NCBI GenBank assembly: GCA_038245905.1
Contig: JBBRRY010000023.1
Location: 1 to 63,513 of the forward strand
Reading direction: 5' to 3'
DNA from: Thermoanaerobaculia bacterium
Lineage (GTDB): Bacteria; Acidobacteriota; Thermoanaerobaculia; UBA5066
DNA length: 63,513 nucleotides
Shown: in pieces, positions 47,670 to 57,425 of the stretch
How positions within the stretch are numbered: position 1 is the first letter of the stretch
How the letters are laid out: each line of letters opens with the position of its first letter
Position numbers and translations under genes: made by a program
Notes under the pieces: generated by a model
Databases searched by the model: none
What the model saw: the letters and a program-made list of their open reading frames with translations, nothing else
Told to the model about the DNA's origin: nothing

Positions 47670-50600
47670 ATGCGCATGCCTTTCGCCGCTGCCGGCCTGT
47701 CTCTCGCCCTCTCGTCCGCGGCCTTCGCCGGGACTCCGGCCTCTCCGGCCGGGCCGTCGAAGATGCTCACCGACCCCGCGCTCTCGAAAGAGCGCATCGC
47801 GTTCGTCTACGGGAACGACGTCTGGACCTGCCGGCTGGACGGCAGCGGTGTTCAACGAATCACGTCGGGCCCCGGCGTGAAGATGCGCCCGGCGTTCAGC
47901 CCCGACGGCTCGCTCCTCGCCTTCAGCGCAGAGCTGGACGGCAACCTCGACGCCTACGTCGTCCCCGCCGCGGGCGGCGTGCCGAAGCGCCTCACGTGGC
48001 ACCCGGGGCGCGACGTCGTGCAAGGCTTCACGCCCGACGGCAAGGCTGTCCTCTTCACGTCGCCGCGCGCCGCCTCCAACAACCGCCACACGCAGCTCTA
48101 CACCGTGCCCGTCGAGGGCGGCCTCGAGACCGCCCTCCCGATCCCTAACGCCAGCCGCGCCGCGTACTCCCCCAACGGCAGGACGATCGCATACAACCCG
48201 AACAACCCGGCGCACCTGCAGTGGAAACGCTATCGCGGCGGCCTCGTGTCGAAGGTGTGGCTCTTCGACGTCGCCTCGAACGCGCTCGACCGCGTCCCGC
48301 AGCCCGAGACCCGCTGCAACGACGCGGACCCGATGTGGCTCGGCGGGACGCTCTATTTCCGCTCGGACCGCGACGGCGAGTTCAACCTCTACGCGTACGA
48401 TGCGAAGTCGAAGTCGCGGACGCGCCTGACCGACCACAAGGACTTTCCCGTCCTCAACGCGGCTGCGGCCGCGGAGCGCATCGTCTACGAACAGGCCGGC
48501 ACGCTCCACCTCTTCGACCCCGCCGCGAAGACGACGACCGACCTGTCGATCACGGTCGCCGGCGACCTCCTCGAGACGCGACCGCGCTGGGCGAAGGGCG
48601 CGAAGTGGATCCGCGACGCGGCCCTCTCTCCCTCCGGCGCCCGTGCCGCGTTCGAGTACCGGGGCGAGATCGTGACCGTCCCAGGCGAAAAGGGCGACGC
48701 CCGCAACCTCACGAATACCGTCGCCGTCCACGAGAGCGCGCCCGCCTGGTCGCCGGACGGCAAGGAGATCGCGTACGTCTCCGACGAGAGCGGCGAGAAC
48801 GACGTCGTCCTCCGGGCGCAGGACGGCAAGGGCGCGCCGAGGAAGATCAAGGTCCCCGGCGCGGGGTTCTACGACGCGCTCGCCTTCTCCCCGGACGGGA
48901 AGAAGCTCGTCCTGACCGACAACTCGCTCACCCTCTTCATTGTCGACGTCGCGAGCGGCGCCGCGAAGAAGATCGCCTCCGAGCTTCTCTACGCGCCGGC
49001 GCGCTACAAACAGCTGTACGGCTCGTGGTCGCCGGACTCGCGCTTCATCGCCTACACGCTCTCGGGCCCCACGTACATCCGCGCGGCGTACGTCTATTCC
49101 GTCGACGAGGACAAGTCGCACGCGCTCACGGACGGCCTCTCGGACGTCTCCGACCCCGTCTTCGACCGGGGCGGCAAGCTCCTCTACTTCCTCGCGTCCA
49201 CCGACGCCGGCCCGCAGCGCAACTGGTTCTCCCTGCAGAACACCGACGCCCGCACCACGAACGCGATCTACGTCGCGACGCTGAAGAAAGGCACGCCGTC
49301 GCCGCTCGCGAAAGAGAGCGACGAGGAGAAGGGCGAGGCTTCGGCAAAAGATGGGAAGACCGAAGACAAAGAGGAAGTCAAGCCTTCTAAGCCGTCTGCC
49401 CCCGTCGTGATCGACCGCGACGGCCTCGGGTCCCGCATCGTCGACCTCCCGGTCCACCCCGCGGAGATCTCGAACCTTCAGGCCGGCAGCGCGGGCCAGG
49501 TCTTCTTCGAGCGCGAGGCCGACGGCAAGACGTCCGTGCAGCGCTTCGACTTCAAAGACCGTAAGACGGAGACGATCGTCCCCGAGGCCGACGACTACTT
49601 CGTCTCCTTCGACGGCAAGAAGATCCTCTTCAGACTGCGCGATTCGGCGCAGAGCGGGCCGGCGCGGAAGGAGTCGTGGTCGATCGTCGCGTCGTCCGGG
49701 AAGAAGCCGGAAACGAAGGAGGCCGGCGACGGCAAGCTCAAGCTCGACGCGATCCAGGTGCGCGTCGATCCGCGCGCCGAGTGGCCCGAGATCTTCGACG
49801 AGGCCTGGCGCGTCAACCGCGACTATTTCTACGACCCGAAGATGCACGGCGTCGACTGGAAGGCGATGAAAGCGAAATACGCCGCCTTCCTCCCGTACCT
49901 CTCGTCGCGCGGCGACCTCAACCGTCTCATCCAGTGGATGTGCAGCGAGCTCGCCGTCGGCCACCACCGCAACACGCCGGGCGATTCCTTCGCCGAGATC
50001 ACGCCCGTGCCGGGCGGCCTCCTCGGTGCGGACTACGAGGTCGCGAACGGCCGCTACCGGTTCAAGAAGGTCTTCGGCGGCCTGAACTGGAACCCCGAGC
50101 TGCGCGCGCCGCTCTCCGAGCCAGGCGTCGAGGTGAAAGCCGGCGAGTATCTGCTCGCGGTGAACGGAAGAGACCTGGCCCCTCCCGAGAACCTTTACGC
50201 CCGCTTCGAGGGCACGGCCGGGAAGATCGTCGAGATCACGGTCGGTCCCACGGCGGACGGCAAAGGCTCGCGCACGGTCAGCGTCGTCCCCGTGGCGGAG
50301 GAGAACGCGCTGCGCAACCGCGACTGGGTGGAGGGCAACCTCCGGAAGGTCGAGACCGCGACGGGCGGGCGCGTCGCGTACGTCTACGTTCCGAACACCT
50401 CAAACCTCGGCCACACGTACTTCAAGCGCTACTTCTACCCGCAGGCCGCGAAGGACGCGATCATCGTGGACGAGCGGTTCAACGGCGGCGGCAGCGTTGC
50501 CGACTACTACATCGAGGCGCTCACCCGGCAGCCGATCGCCTGGTGGACGATGCGCTACGGCGAGGACCTCAAGACGCCGTCGGCGTCGATCCAGGGGCCG

Positions 50601-50966
50601 AAGGTCATGCTCATCGACGAGACGGCCGGCTCGGGCGGCGACCTTCTGCCGTGGATGTTCCGGCACTTCAAGGTCGGGCCTCTCGTCGGCCAGCGCACCT
50701 GGGGCGGCCTCGTCGGCATCCTCGGCTTCCCGACGCTCATGGACGGCGCGGTCGTCACCGCACCGAACCTCGGCTTCTGGACGCCGGAGGAAGGCTTCGG
50801 CGTCGAGAACGTCGGCGTCCCGCCCGACGTCGAGGTCGAGCAGACGCCCGCCGACGTCATCGCCGGCCACGACCCGCAGCTCGAGAAGGCGATCGCGATC
50901 GTCATGGACGAGCTGAAGAAGAACCCGCCGCAGAAGCCGAAGCGGCCGGCAATGCCGGTGAGGTAA
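47670..50966 (+). CDS. tricorn protease (S41 family: PD40 beta-propellers, PDZ and catalytic domain)
   Basis: Many WSPDG/FSPDG repeats, WR..RDYFYDPKMHGVDW, GGLLGADY, IIVDERFNGGG, AGSGGD, RTWGGLVG, ENVGV.PD. Confidence 0.96.
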   Translation: MRMPFAAAGLSLALSSAAFAGTPASPAGPSKMLTDPALSKERIAFVYGNDVWTCRLDGSGVQRITSGPGVKMRPAFSPDGSLLAFSAELDGNLDAYVVPAAGGVPKRLTWHPGRDVVQGFTPDGKAVLFTSPRAASNNRHTQLYTVPVEGGLETALPIPNASRAAYSPNGRTIAYNPNNPAHLQWKRYRGGLVSKVWLFDVASNALDRVPQPETRCNDADPMWLGGTLYFRSDRDGEFNLYAYDAKSKSRTRLTDHKDFPVLNAAAAAERIVYEQAGTLHLFDPAAKTTTDLSITVAGDLLETRPRWAKGAKWIRDAALSPSGARAAFEYRGEIVTVPGEKGDARNLTNTVAVHESAPAWSPDGKEIAYVSDESGENDVVLRAQDGKGAPRKIKVPGAGFYDALAFSPDGKKLVLTDNSLTLFIVDVASGAAKKIASELLYAPARYKQLYGSWSPDSRFIAYTLSGPTYIRAAYVYSVDEDKSHALTDGLSDVSDPVFDRGGKLLYFLASTDAGPQRNWFSLQNTDARTTNAIYVATLKKGTPSPLAKESDEEKGEASAKDGKTEDKEEVKPSKPSAPVVIDRDGLGSRIVDLPVHPAEISNLQAGSAGQVFFEREADGKTSVQRFDFKDRKTETIVPEADDYFVSFDGKKILFRLRDSAQSGPARKESWSIVASSGKKPETKEAGDGKLKLDAIQVRVDPRAEWPEIFDEAWRVNRDYFYDPKMHGVDWKAMKAKYAAFLPYLSSRGDLNRLIQWMCSELAVGHHRNTPGDSFAEITPVPGGLLGADYEVANGRYRFKKVFGGLNWNPELRAPLSEPGVEVKAGEYLLAVNGRDLAPPENLYARFEGTAGKIVEITVGPTADGKGSRTVSVVPVAEENALRNRDWVEGNLRKVETATGGRVAYVYVPNTSNLGHTYFKRYFYPQAAKDAIIVDERFNGGGSVADYYIEALTRQPIAWWTMRYGEDLKTPSASIQGPKVMLIDETAGSGGDLLPWMFRHFKVGPLVGQRTWGGLVGILGFPTLMDGAVVTAPNLGFWTPEEGFGVENVGVPPDVEVEQTPADVIAGHDPQLEKAIAIVMDELKKNPPQKPKRPAMPVR

Positions 50967-50982
50967 AGGCAGGCGGCCGGGG

Positions 50983-52509
50983 TCAGCTCTTCCCGGCTGC
51001 CCCGGCCGCGGCCTTTGCTTTCGTTCGAATGAGGGCGTAGTTGACTTGGGGCAGCGAGTTGAAGTTCGCGGCCTTGCCGAAATACTCCTTTGCCTTCACC
51101 GCATCGCCCTTTGCCTTGTAAGCGAGGCCGAGGCGATAGAGATCCTGGGGATTCTGCTGGTTCGCCTGCAGGAGCTCGGCGATCGCCTTGTCGTAGTCCT
51201 TTTCCGCGAGGGCGATGATCCCGTCGAGCTCATGGGCATTTCTCACCTGAGCCGGGTTCTTCGTGGCTGCCGCGCCATTTCGGAAGACGTCCGCCTCGCT
51301 CTTCGCCGTCTTCAGATCCTTCTTCGCCACCGCGACGCGGCCGAGGTTGAAATGGCTGACGAGCGCGGCGTTGGCCTTGATCTCCGGTGAGAGGCCCGAC
51401 CCTTCGACGAGCTTCAGACCGCGCTCGAACTCCGCCCGGGCCTGATCGGGCTTCCCCATCTCCAGGAGGATGTTTCCCTTCAGCCCGTTGTCGAAGGACA
51501 TCGTCGGGACGTCGTTCGTCTTCTCTCCCAGGGCGTACTGGTGATCGACGTCCTCGAGCGCCTTGGCCATCTTCCCACCGTCGACGTGGACGACGGTGAG
51601 GGCGAAAAGGGCCGTCCGGCGCTCACCGTCCGTCCTGGCCTTCTTCGAGATGTTCGCGAGCTCCGCCTCCGCGTCACCCGCCTTGCCCGAGTAGAGCAAG
51701 TCCATGGCGATTCCCTGGTGAGAGGCCAGGAAGCTGGGGTCGATCTCCAACGCCTTGCGGTACTGGGCGATGGAATCGTCGAACCGGCCCATCTTCAGGA
51801 GCAGCTCGGCAAGGGAATCGTAGGGATTCGGGTCCTTGGGGATCAGCTCGATGTACTTCTGAAACGCCTTCTCGGCGGCGGCGAAGTCGCCGTTCTGCCG
51901 ATAGGCGTAACCGAGGATGTTGTGGGCCGTCGAGTAGCTCGGTTCGAGCTCCGTCGCCTTCTTGTACTGCTCGATCGCCTCAGGGAATTGCTGCTGGCCG
52001 AAGTAGTACCCGCCCAGGTTGAAGTGGGCTCGCTCGTCGGTCGGATACGCCGCCACGAGCGCGTCCAGGTATTCCTTTTGCTTCGCCGGGTTGTTGTTCG
52101 CGCCTGCCTCGGTGGCCAGGATCAGGAGCTTCTCGCCGTTCGAGGCCTTGTCGGCCAGGCTGACGGCCTTTTTGAGGTGCTCGAAGAAATCCTTGCCGGT
52201 CGGCGCCGAGTTCGCGAGGCTGAGCTCGGCCGACGCGAAGCCCGGATCGAGCGAGACCGCCTTCTGGAAGTGCGCGACGGAGTCGGTGATCAGGAGTTTT
52301 TCGGCGTTGTCGCGGCCTTTCAGGAACTCGGTCTTCGCCTCGGCAGACGAGGTCGTCACCGGTATCTTCCCGCCGCCTGGGGGGGTCGGCTCGGGGGCTT
52401 TGGCCGCCGCGGCGGGAGCCTGGGTCTCCGTCTTCGCGCAGCCGGCGGCCGAGAGTCCGGCCGCAAGTCCAAGTATCAGAAAGGGATCGAGGAATCGGTT
52501 CCGGCGCAT
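50983..52509 (-). CDS. tetratricopeptide repeat lipoprotein
   Basis: Lipobox AAGC; TTSSAEAK..F..G motif; TPRs (AHNILGYAY, NPYDSLAELL); AAGGAGG RBS. Confidence 0.9.
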   Translation of the reverse strand: MRRNRFLDPFLILGLAAGLSAAGCAKTETQAPAAAAKAPEPTPPGGGKIPVTTSSAEAKTEFLKGRDNAEKLLITDSVAHFQKAVSLDPGFASAELSLANSAPTGKDFFEHLKKAVSLADKASNGEKLLILATEAGANNNPAKQKEYLDALVAAYPTDERAHFNLGGYYFGQQQFPEAIEQYKKATELEPSYSTAHNILGYAYRQNGDFAAAEKAFQKYIELIPKDPNPYDSLAELLLKMGRFDDSIAQYRKALEIDPSFLASHQGIAMDLLYSGKAGDAEAELANISKKARTDGERRTALFALTVVHVDGGKMAKALEDVDHQYALGEKTNDVPTMSFDNGLKGNILLEMGKPDQARAEFERGLKLVEGSGLSPEIKANAALVSHFNLGRVAVAKKDLKTAKSEADVFRNGAAATKNPAQVRNAHELDGIIALAEKDYDKAIAELLQANQQNPQDLYRLGLAYKAKGDAVKAKEYFGKAANFNSLPQVNYALIRTKAKAAAGAAGKS

Positions 52510-52619
52510 GAGGTCCTCCTTACGAAATTCGATCACAGGGCGTATTGCAAGGTTCTACGAAGGCACCGGGAGAAGGTTGCGACGGGATCTCAGACGCTAC
52601 GCCGCAGGCATAGAGCGGT

Positions 52620-52711
52620 GACGATCCTTTTCAGTGGAGGCCAAGTCGAGAATCGCATGGCGGGACGAGGACATGCTCTGGGTCGGGACGGATTTCGGGC
52701 CCGGGTCGCTC
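52620..52711 (+). pseudogene. prolyl oligopeptidase (S9A) remnant
   Basis: DDPFQW (N-terminal DDPY.WLE-like motif) is fused out of frame to EAKSRIAWRDEDMLWVGTDFGPGSL (propeller segment of bacterial POPs). Confidence 0.6.
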
Positions 52712-52721
52712 GATCACGCCG

Positions 52722-53705
52722 CTACTCTACGAAGGACCCGCCCCTGTGAATGGCCTCGACGGCGCTCCGGATCGCGGAGACGACTTCGTCCGGCGCTTCC
52801 AGATGCATGTTGTGGCCGGAGTCGAGGATCCGCTGGCGGCCGTTCGTCCCGAGGCCGAGGAGCGCACGCTGCGAATCGAGGCGCTCGCGCTCGATCTGCT
52901 CGGCCGGGATGTCGAGGTCTTTGGTGCCGCCTTTCGCCCGCGTGAGGACGACGAGCGGCTTGCCGCCGAGCAGTCCCTTCTGCGGATGCTCGTGCCACAG
53001 GGCGAAGTACTCCGTCGACCACTCCCGCTGGCTGTTCTCCGCGTCGTCGAGCGCGGGCTGCGCGCTCGCCCACAGATTCGCGCGCCGCGCGTCGGCCGGC
53101 AGCCTGTCGAGAGGCGGCCGGACCGGCCCCGGCGCCGGCGGCACGCGCGTCGTCGCCTTCTCCTCTGCGCGGACGGCGAGCCGGGGCGGGATCGGGATCC
53201 CCTTCGCTCCGTCGCGCAGGCGCACTGCCTTCCCCATGATCGTCACCCGCTGGTCTTCGTGGACCGCGTCCACGAGGACCAGCCCGGCGACATCCTTCGG
53301 GTACGCGGCGCCGTACGCGCGCACGACGGGTCCGCCATACGAATGCCCGACGAGGAGGAAGGGCGGCTTCTCGCCGAGCAGCCGAAGCCCCTCCTTCATC
53401 TCGAGGTTGATCTGCGCGAACGTCCGCGGCTTCGGCCCCGGCTCGCTCCAAGCGTAGCCCGCCCGGTCGTATGCGCAGACGCGCGTGAACGGGGCGACAC
53501 CCGTCTGGACGAGCGTCCAGTCTGTGGAGAAATCGCCCAGAGCGGACTCGATCACGACGGTGGGGGCGCCCGCCCCTGCGCACTTGAAATGGAGGAGGTG
53601 CCCGCCGACGTTCACCAACTGACCGGGCGGGGGCGGGATCTCCTGCGCGAGCGTCAGTCCCGAGAGAGCGAGAAACAGCGGAGCGAGCAGGCAGCGTCTC
53701 AGCAT
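52722..53705 (-). CDS. secreted alpha/beta hydrolase
   Basis: Signal peptide; RVCAYDRAGYAWS, LVGHSYGG (nucleophile elbow), GLVLVDA, SGHNMHLEAP. Confidence 0.93.
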   Translation of the reverse strand: MLRRCLLAPLFLALSGLTLAQEIPPPPGQLVNVGGHLLHFKCAGAGAPTVVIESALGDFSTDWTLVQTGVAPFTRVCAYDRAGYAWSEPGPKPRTFAQINLEMKEGLRLLGEKPPFLLVGHSYGGPVVRAYGAAYPKDVAGLVLVDAVHEDQRVTIMGKAVRLRDGAKGIPIPPRLAVRAEEKATTRVPPAPGPVRPPLDRLPADARRANLWASAQPALDDAENSQREWSTEYFALWHEHPQKGLLGGKPLVVLTRAKGGTKDLDIPAEQIERERLDSQRALLGLGTNGRQRILDSGHNMHLEAPDEVVSAIRSAVEAIHRGGSFVE

Positions 53706-53862
53706 GCCCCTATAACGCAGCGGCACTTCAGAAGTTCTCGCCGCGGGCGGCGACTTCTATTCAGCCCCTGTCGCTGCTGCGGTTGTGGGGCGAGCCGTAG
53801 TTCACGCCCTGCGGTGTGACGCGTTGGCTCAAAGTCCGCCGGATTGGTGCTAGCCTTTTTGC

Positions 53863-54822
53863 ATGACGCGAGTTTCCCTTTTCGCCGGACTCCTGACGCT
53901 TCTCCTCGCCCGATCCGCTCCTGCCGCCGTCCTCGCCGTCGGAGACGCCGCCCCGCCCCTTGCCGTCGAAAAGTGGATCCAGGGAAGCCCGGGGCCTCTT
54001 CCCGCGCCGGGCAAGGTCACCGTCGTCGAGTTCTGGGCGACGTGGTGCGGGCCGTGCCTCGCGAACATCGCGCACCTCGGCGCGCTGCAGCGCAAATACG
54101 CCGCGCGCGGCGTGGTCGTCGTCGGTGCGACGAGTGAGGACGGCTGGGGAAACACGGAAGCCGCCGTCCGAAAGCTCATCGACGCGAAGGGCGCGGCCTT
54201 CACGTACCCCGTCGCGTGGCTCCCGGCCGGCCCCGAGGGCGAACGCGGGATCCACCGCAACCCGTGGTTCCGGGCCGCGGGCATCGGCTGGCTGCCCACG
54301 GTGTTCCTCGTGGACCGCGCGGGGCGCGTCGCCTGGGTGGGCGATCCGGCGGGTCTGGACGATCCGCTCGACCGGCTCGTCGAGGGCACGTTCGACCTCG
54401 CGGCCGCGAAGGCGGCCTATGCCGCCGCTCTCGCGGCGCGGCCGACGCTGGAAGAGTTCACGAAGGCCGTCGAGGCGAAGGACCGGGGCACGGCGCTGCG
54501 GGGCGCGAACGAGCTACTGAAGGGGCCCGCGAATCAGGATTCACACACGATGCTCGTCGTCGCGGCCTCCCTCGACGGTTCGCCGTGGACGGCAGACCGG
54601 GAGGCGCGGGACGCGGGGCTCGCGGCCGCCGAAAAGGCCGTGAGTCTCACGAAGCGCCGAGCGCCGGGCATGCTGGACGCGCTCGCGAGGGCCCATTTCC
54701 TGTCCGGCGACGCGAAACGCGCCGCCGAGATCGAGACGGAGGCCGTGGCGCTCTCCGAGGGGCCAAGCCACGAGGCCCAGAAGAAGAACCTCGAGGAGTA
54801 CCGGAAGGCGGCAGGACTCTAG
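53863..54822 (+). CDS. TlpA/redoxin family thiol-disulfide oxidoreductase with TPR-like C-terminus
   Basis: VEFWATWCGPC, LPTVFLVDR.G; C-terminal LDALARAHF..G...A. Confidence 0.9.
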   Translation: MTRVSLFAGLLTLLLARSAPAAVLAVGDAAPPLAVEKWIQGSPGPLPAPGKVTVVEFWATWCGPCLANIAHLGALQRKYAARGVVVVGATSEDGWGNTEAAVRKLIDAKGAAFTYPVAWLPAGPEGERGIHRNPWFRAAGIGWLPTVFLVDRAGRVAWVGDPAGLDDPLDRLVEGTFDLAAAKAAYAAALAARPTLEEFTKAVEAKDRGTALRGANELLKGPANQDSHTMLVVAASLDGSPWTADREARDAGLAAAEKAVSLTKRRAPGMLDALARAHFLSGDAKRAAEIETEAVALSEGPSHEAQKKNLEEYRKAAGL

Positions 54823-54836
54823 AGGCCGGACCTCGT

Positions 54837-54932
54837 CAGGTGCGCCGTGCGGCCCGCTCCACGCGCTCCTTCAAGCCGAGCAGCATCCGGCGGTCCATGA
54901 CGAAGCCGATCGACTCGATGAGGTACCAGCTC
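54837..54932 (-). pseudogene. C-terminal remnant of an SRPBCC-like hypothetical gene
   Basis: Minus frame WYLIESIGFVMDRRMLLGLKERVERAARRT* resembles the 'FVMERRML.G.K.R.E' terminus; the rest of the gene is absent. Confidence 0.45.
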
Positions 54933-55017
54933 CTGACGCGAGTATCTCCGGGCAAGTGTCGTCACGATGTTCATCGTACACTTTGAAGGCGAGGTGAAAC
55001 ATGGAGGAAGGCCGCCC

Positions 55018-55463
55018 GTGATCCGGAACGACTCCGACACCGCGCTCTGGGTCGCCATTTATCGCGCCCGCGAGATGGAGCGCCCCGACCCGGCCTTCCG
55101 GGATCATTTCGCGAGGCGGCTCGCGGGCCCGCACGGCGAGGAGATTGCGCGCTCGATGCCCATCTCGCGCCGGCAGAGGTCGGCGCCTTCGCGCGGGGAC
55201 CGCAGCTGAGCGCGGCCGGCGCGGCGCTGAAGTTCGCGCCCGCGGACGGGTCGGACTTCTTCCTGCCGCACGGCTGGAAGAGTGTCGACGTCCGCTCGCC
55301 CCTGAAGACGGCGGCGCGCCTGAAGAGGCTGCCGTTCTTTCTTCGACTCATCGCGATGCTGCCGGCGTCGTCGGGCCAGCAGGGTTCGCGCCCCTGGTCC
55401 GGAGTGTGCCTGTTCGAGAGGGCCCGATCGGGTCCTGTGTCCGGCAGCCCTGCAGCCGAATGA
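55018..55463 (+). pseudogene. LCM-type SAM-dependent methyltransferase pseudogene with large internal deletion and frameshift
   Basis: N-terminus IRNDSDTALWVAIYRAREMERPDPAFRDHFARRLAG.HGEEIA; C-terminus in another frame (GPQLSAAGAALKFAP...HGWK..DVRS.LKTAARLKRL...RPWSGVCLF). The SAM-binding core is missing. Confidence 0.75.
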
Positions 55464-55509
55464 TCGCCCCTCCGCTAAACCTTCCCGCGCACGCTCCGTA
55501 ACAGTCCAC

Positions 55510-56415
55510 ATGACCATTCGCTCTTTCGTGTGTGCGGCCGGTGCCGCCGCCGCCCTCGCGACGGCCGCTTCACCCGCCGCGGGCGGCCCGCCGCCCGAGC
55601 CGACGAAGCAGATCCTCTGGGTCGAGGGAGCCAAGAACGCGTACCCGCGCTGGTCGAAAGACGGCGCCCGGATCCTCTACGAGTCGAACCGTACCGGGAA
55701 GTAGCAGCTCTACGTGATGGACGCGGACGGATCGCACGACCGCGCGCTCACGAGCGGAAACTTCGACAACCAGCTGCCGGACTGGTCGCCCGACAACTCG
55801 CGGATTGCCTTCGTGTCGAACCGGGGCGGAAACGACGAGATCTACGTCATGAAAGAGGACGGCACGGAGCTGCGCAACGTGTCGTCGAGCCCCGCCCGCG
55901 AGATCCATCCCTACTGGTCGCCCGACGGGGCGTGGATCCTCTTCAACTCCGACCGCGACGGCGGCGCCCTGCAGGTCTACGAGGTGCATCCGGACGGAAC
56001 CTCTCTCCACCGCCTTGCCGTCGGCGAGGACGAGGAGACCTGCGCGCGGGTCTCCCCGAAGGGAGATCGGATCGTCCTTCTCACAAACCTGAAGGCAGGC
56101 CGGGACGACGTGATCCTTCGTTGGCGCGACGGCTCGCACCCCGTCAACCTGACGCACGACACTGCGCCGGACGGATGGCCGACGTGGACGCCGGACGGCC
56201 GACGCATCGTGTTCGCCTCCCGGCGGGACGGCCCCTTCAGCCTCTACTCGATGAAGCCGGACGGTTCCGACGTCCGGCGGCTCACGTTTCCAGACGCGCC
56301 GCTCTCAGACGCGCGCCCGAGTGTGTCGCCCGACGGCCGGAGAATCCTCTTCAACCGGCAAAAAGGCGAGACGATCGGGATCTTCGTCCTCAATCTCGCG
56401 CCCGCGTCCCGCTAG
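55510..56415 (+). pseudogene. TolB-like PD40 beta-propeller protein interrupted by one in-frame TAG (55702-55704)
   Basis: ORFs 55510-55704 and 55714-56415 are in the same frame. The sequence reads ESNRTGK*QLYVMDADGS; the rest is a signal peptide plus six WS/TPDG-type repeats. Confidence 0.8.
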
Positions 56416-57407
56416 CGGCTGCCGGGCCTCTTCACCTCGACCGACTCCCCGACCGAGATCACCATCAGGTCCTCCCCCACGACGAGCGGCCCGGCGTACG
56501 TCTTTCGCGTGGGGATCTCGGCGTCCTGGGCCGTCGCGGGCGGCGGGACGATGTGGGAGTAGACGGCGAGCTTGGGCTTCACGGCCGTGAAGACCCTTCC
56601 CGCGTCCTCCGCCGTCGTGTGGTGATCGATGATCCGCTGCGTCATGGCGGGGTCGCGCACCAGGGAGAGGCGGCGCTCGACCTCCGTCACGACGACCTCG
56701 TGCACGAGGACGTCGCAACCCTTCGCGTGCGCGATCAGGTTCTCGGAGTACCGCGTGTCGCCCGAGAAGACGACGGACTTTCCCGCGTAGTCGATTCGCC
56801 AGCCGTACGCTGGCTTGACCGGGCCGTGGTCCACAGCGAATGCCGTGATCTTCACGCCGTTCACATCGATAACGGTCTCGGGCGCGACGTCCTTCGCGTC
56901 CACCTCGACGCCCGCGCCCGGCAGGCGCTCGTCCACGTCCCGCCGCGTCTTCACGTCGAACTCGAACGCCTTCTGGAGGTGCGCCATCAGCGCCGCGCTC
57001 CCCTCCGGCCCTCTCACGACGAAAGGTTTCGCCCGGCCCAGGAGCCAGCCCGTGAGCCACAGGTCCGGCAGACCGACGACGTGGTCGGAGTGCAGATGCG
57101 TGAGAAGGACGAGATCGACGCCCGAGAGCAGCGGACGCCCGCCCACCGTGAAGAGCCGCTCGGCCGCGCCGCGCCCGGCGTCGACCAGGATGCGCGTCGG
57201 CGGAGTCGTCGCGGCCTCGACGAGAATCGCGGGACCGGAGCGTTCGGGCACCGGACGCGGCGTGCCGGTTCCGAGGAGCGTGATGCGGAGCGGAGGCGCG
57301 GCCTTCGGGGCGTCGGCGGCCGACGCACGCCCGGGGGCGCAGAGGGATACCGCGACGAGAAGAAAGGCGTGCTTGCGCAGCCCGTGGACCTCGATCTGCC
57401 CGGTCAA
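56412..57407 (-). CDS. MBL-fold metallohydrolase (RNase Z/AtsA-like), probably secreted
   Basis: LLGTGTP, VDAGRG, THLHSDH, VDHG, SGDT, LVHE, HHTT. Confidence 0.93.
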   Translation of the reverse strand: MTGQIEVHGLRKHAFLLVAVSLCAPGRASAADAPKAAPPLRITLLGTGTPRPVPERSGPAILVEAATTPPTRILVDAGRGAAERLFTVGGRPLLSGVDLVLLTHLHSDHVVGLPDLWLTGWLLGRAKPFVVRGPEGSAALMAHLQKAFEFDVKTRRDVDERLPGAGVEVDAKDVAPETVIDVNGVKITAFAVDHGPVKPAYGWRIDYAGKSVVFSGDTRYSENLIAHAKGCDVLVHEVVVTEVERRLSLVRDPAMTQRIIDHHTTAEDAGRVFTAVKPKLAVYSHIVPPPATAQDAEIPTRKTYAGPLVVGEDLMVISVGESVEVKRPGSR

Positions 57408-57425
57408 GGGAGAGAGCCTACCGCG

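Noticed and set aside
47670-50966. Repeated TCGCCGGAC/CCCGACGG-type DNA motifs in tricorn and TolB-like genes
   Set aside because: They are explained by the protein-level WSPDG (PD40) repeats.
53730-53850. Possible further gene remnant between the alpha/beta hydrolase and the TlpA gene
   Set aside because: The short minus-strand reading (VTPQGVNYGSP...) matches no family I can recognise.
55702-55704. Genome-wide TAG reassignment
   Set aside because: TAG ends many clearly complete genes here (egtD at 5246, DUF4136 at 12948, livK at 25452, 43137, 54822).
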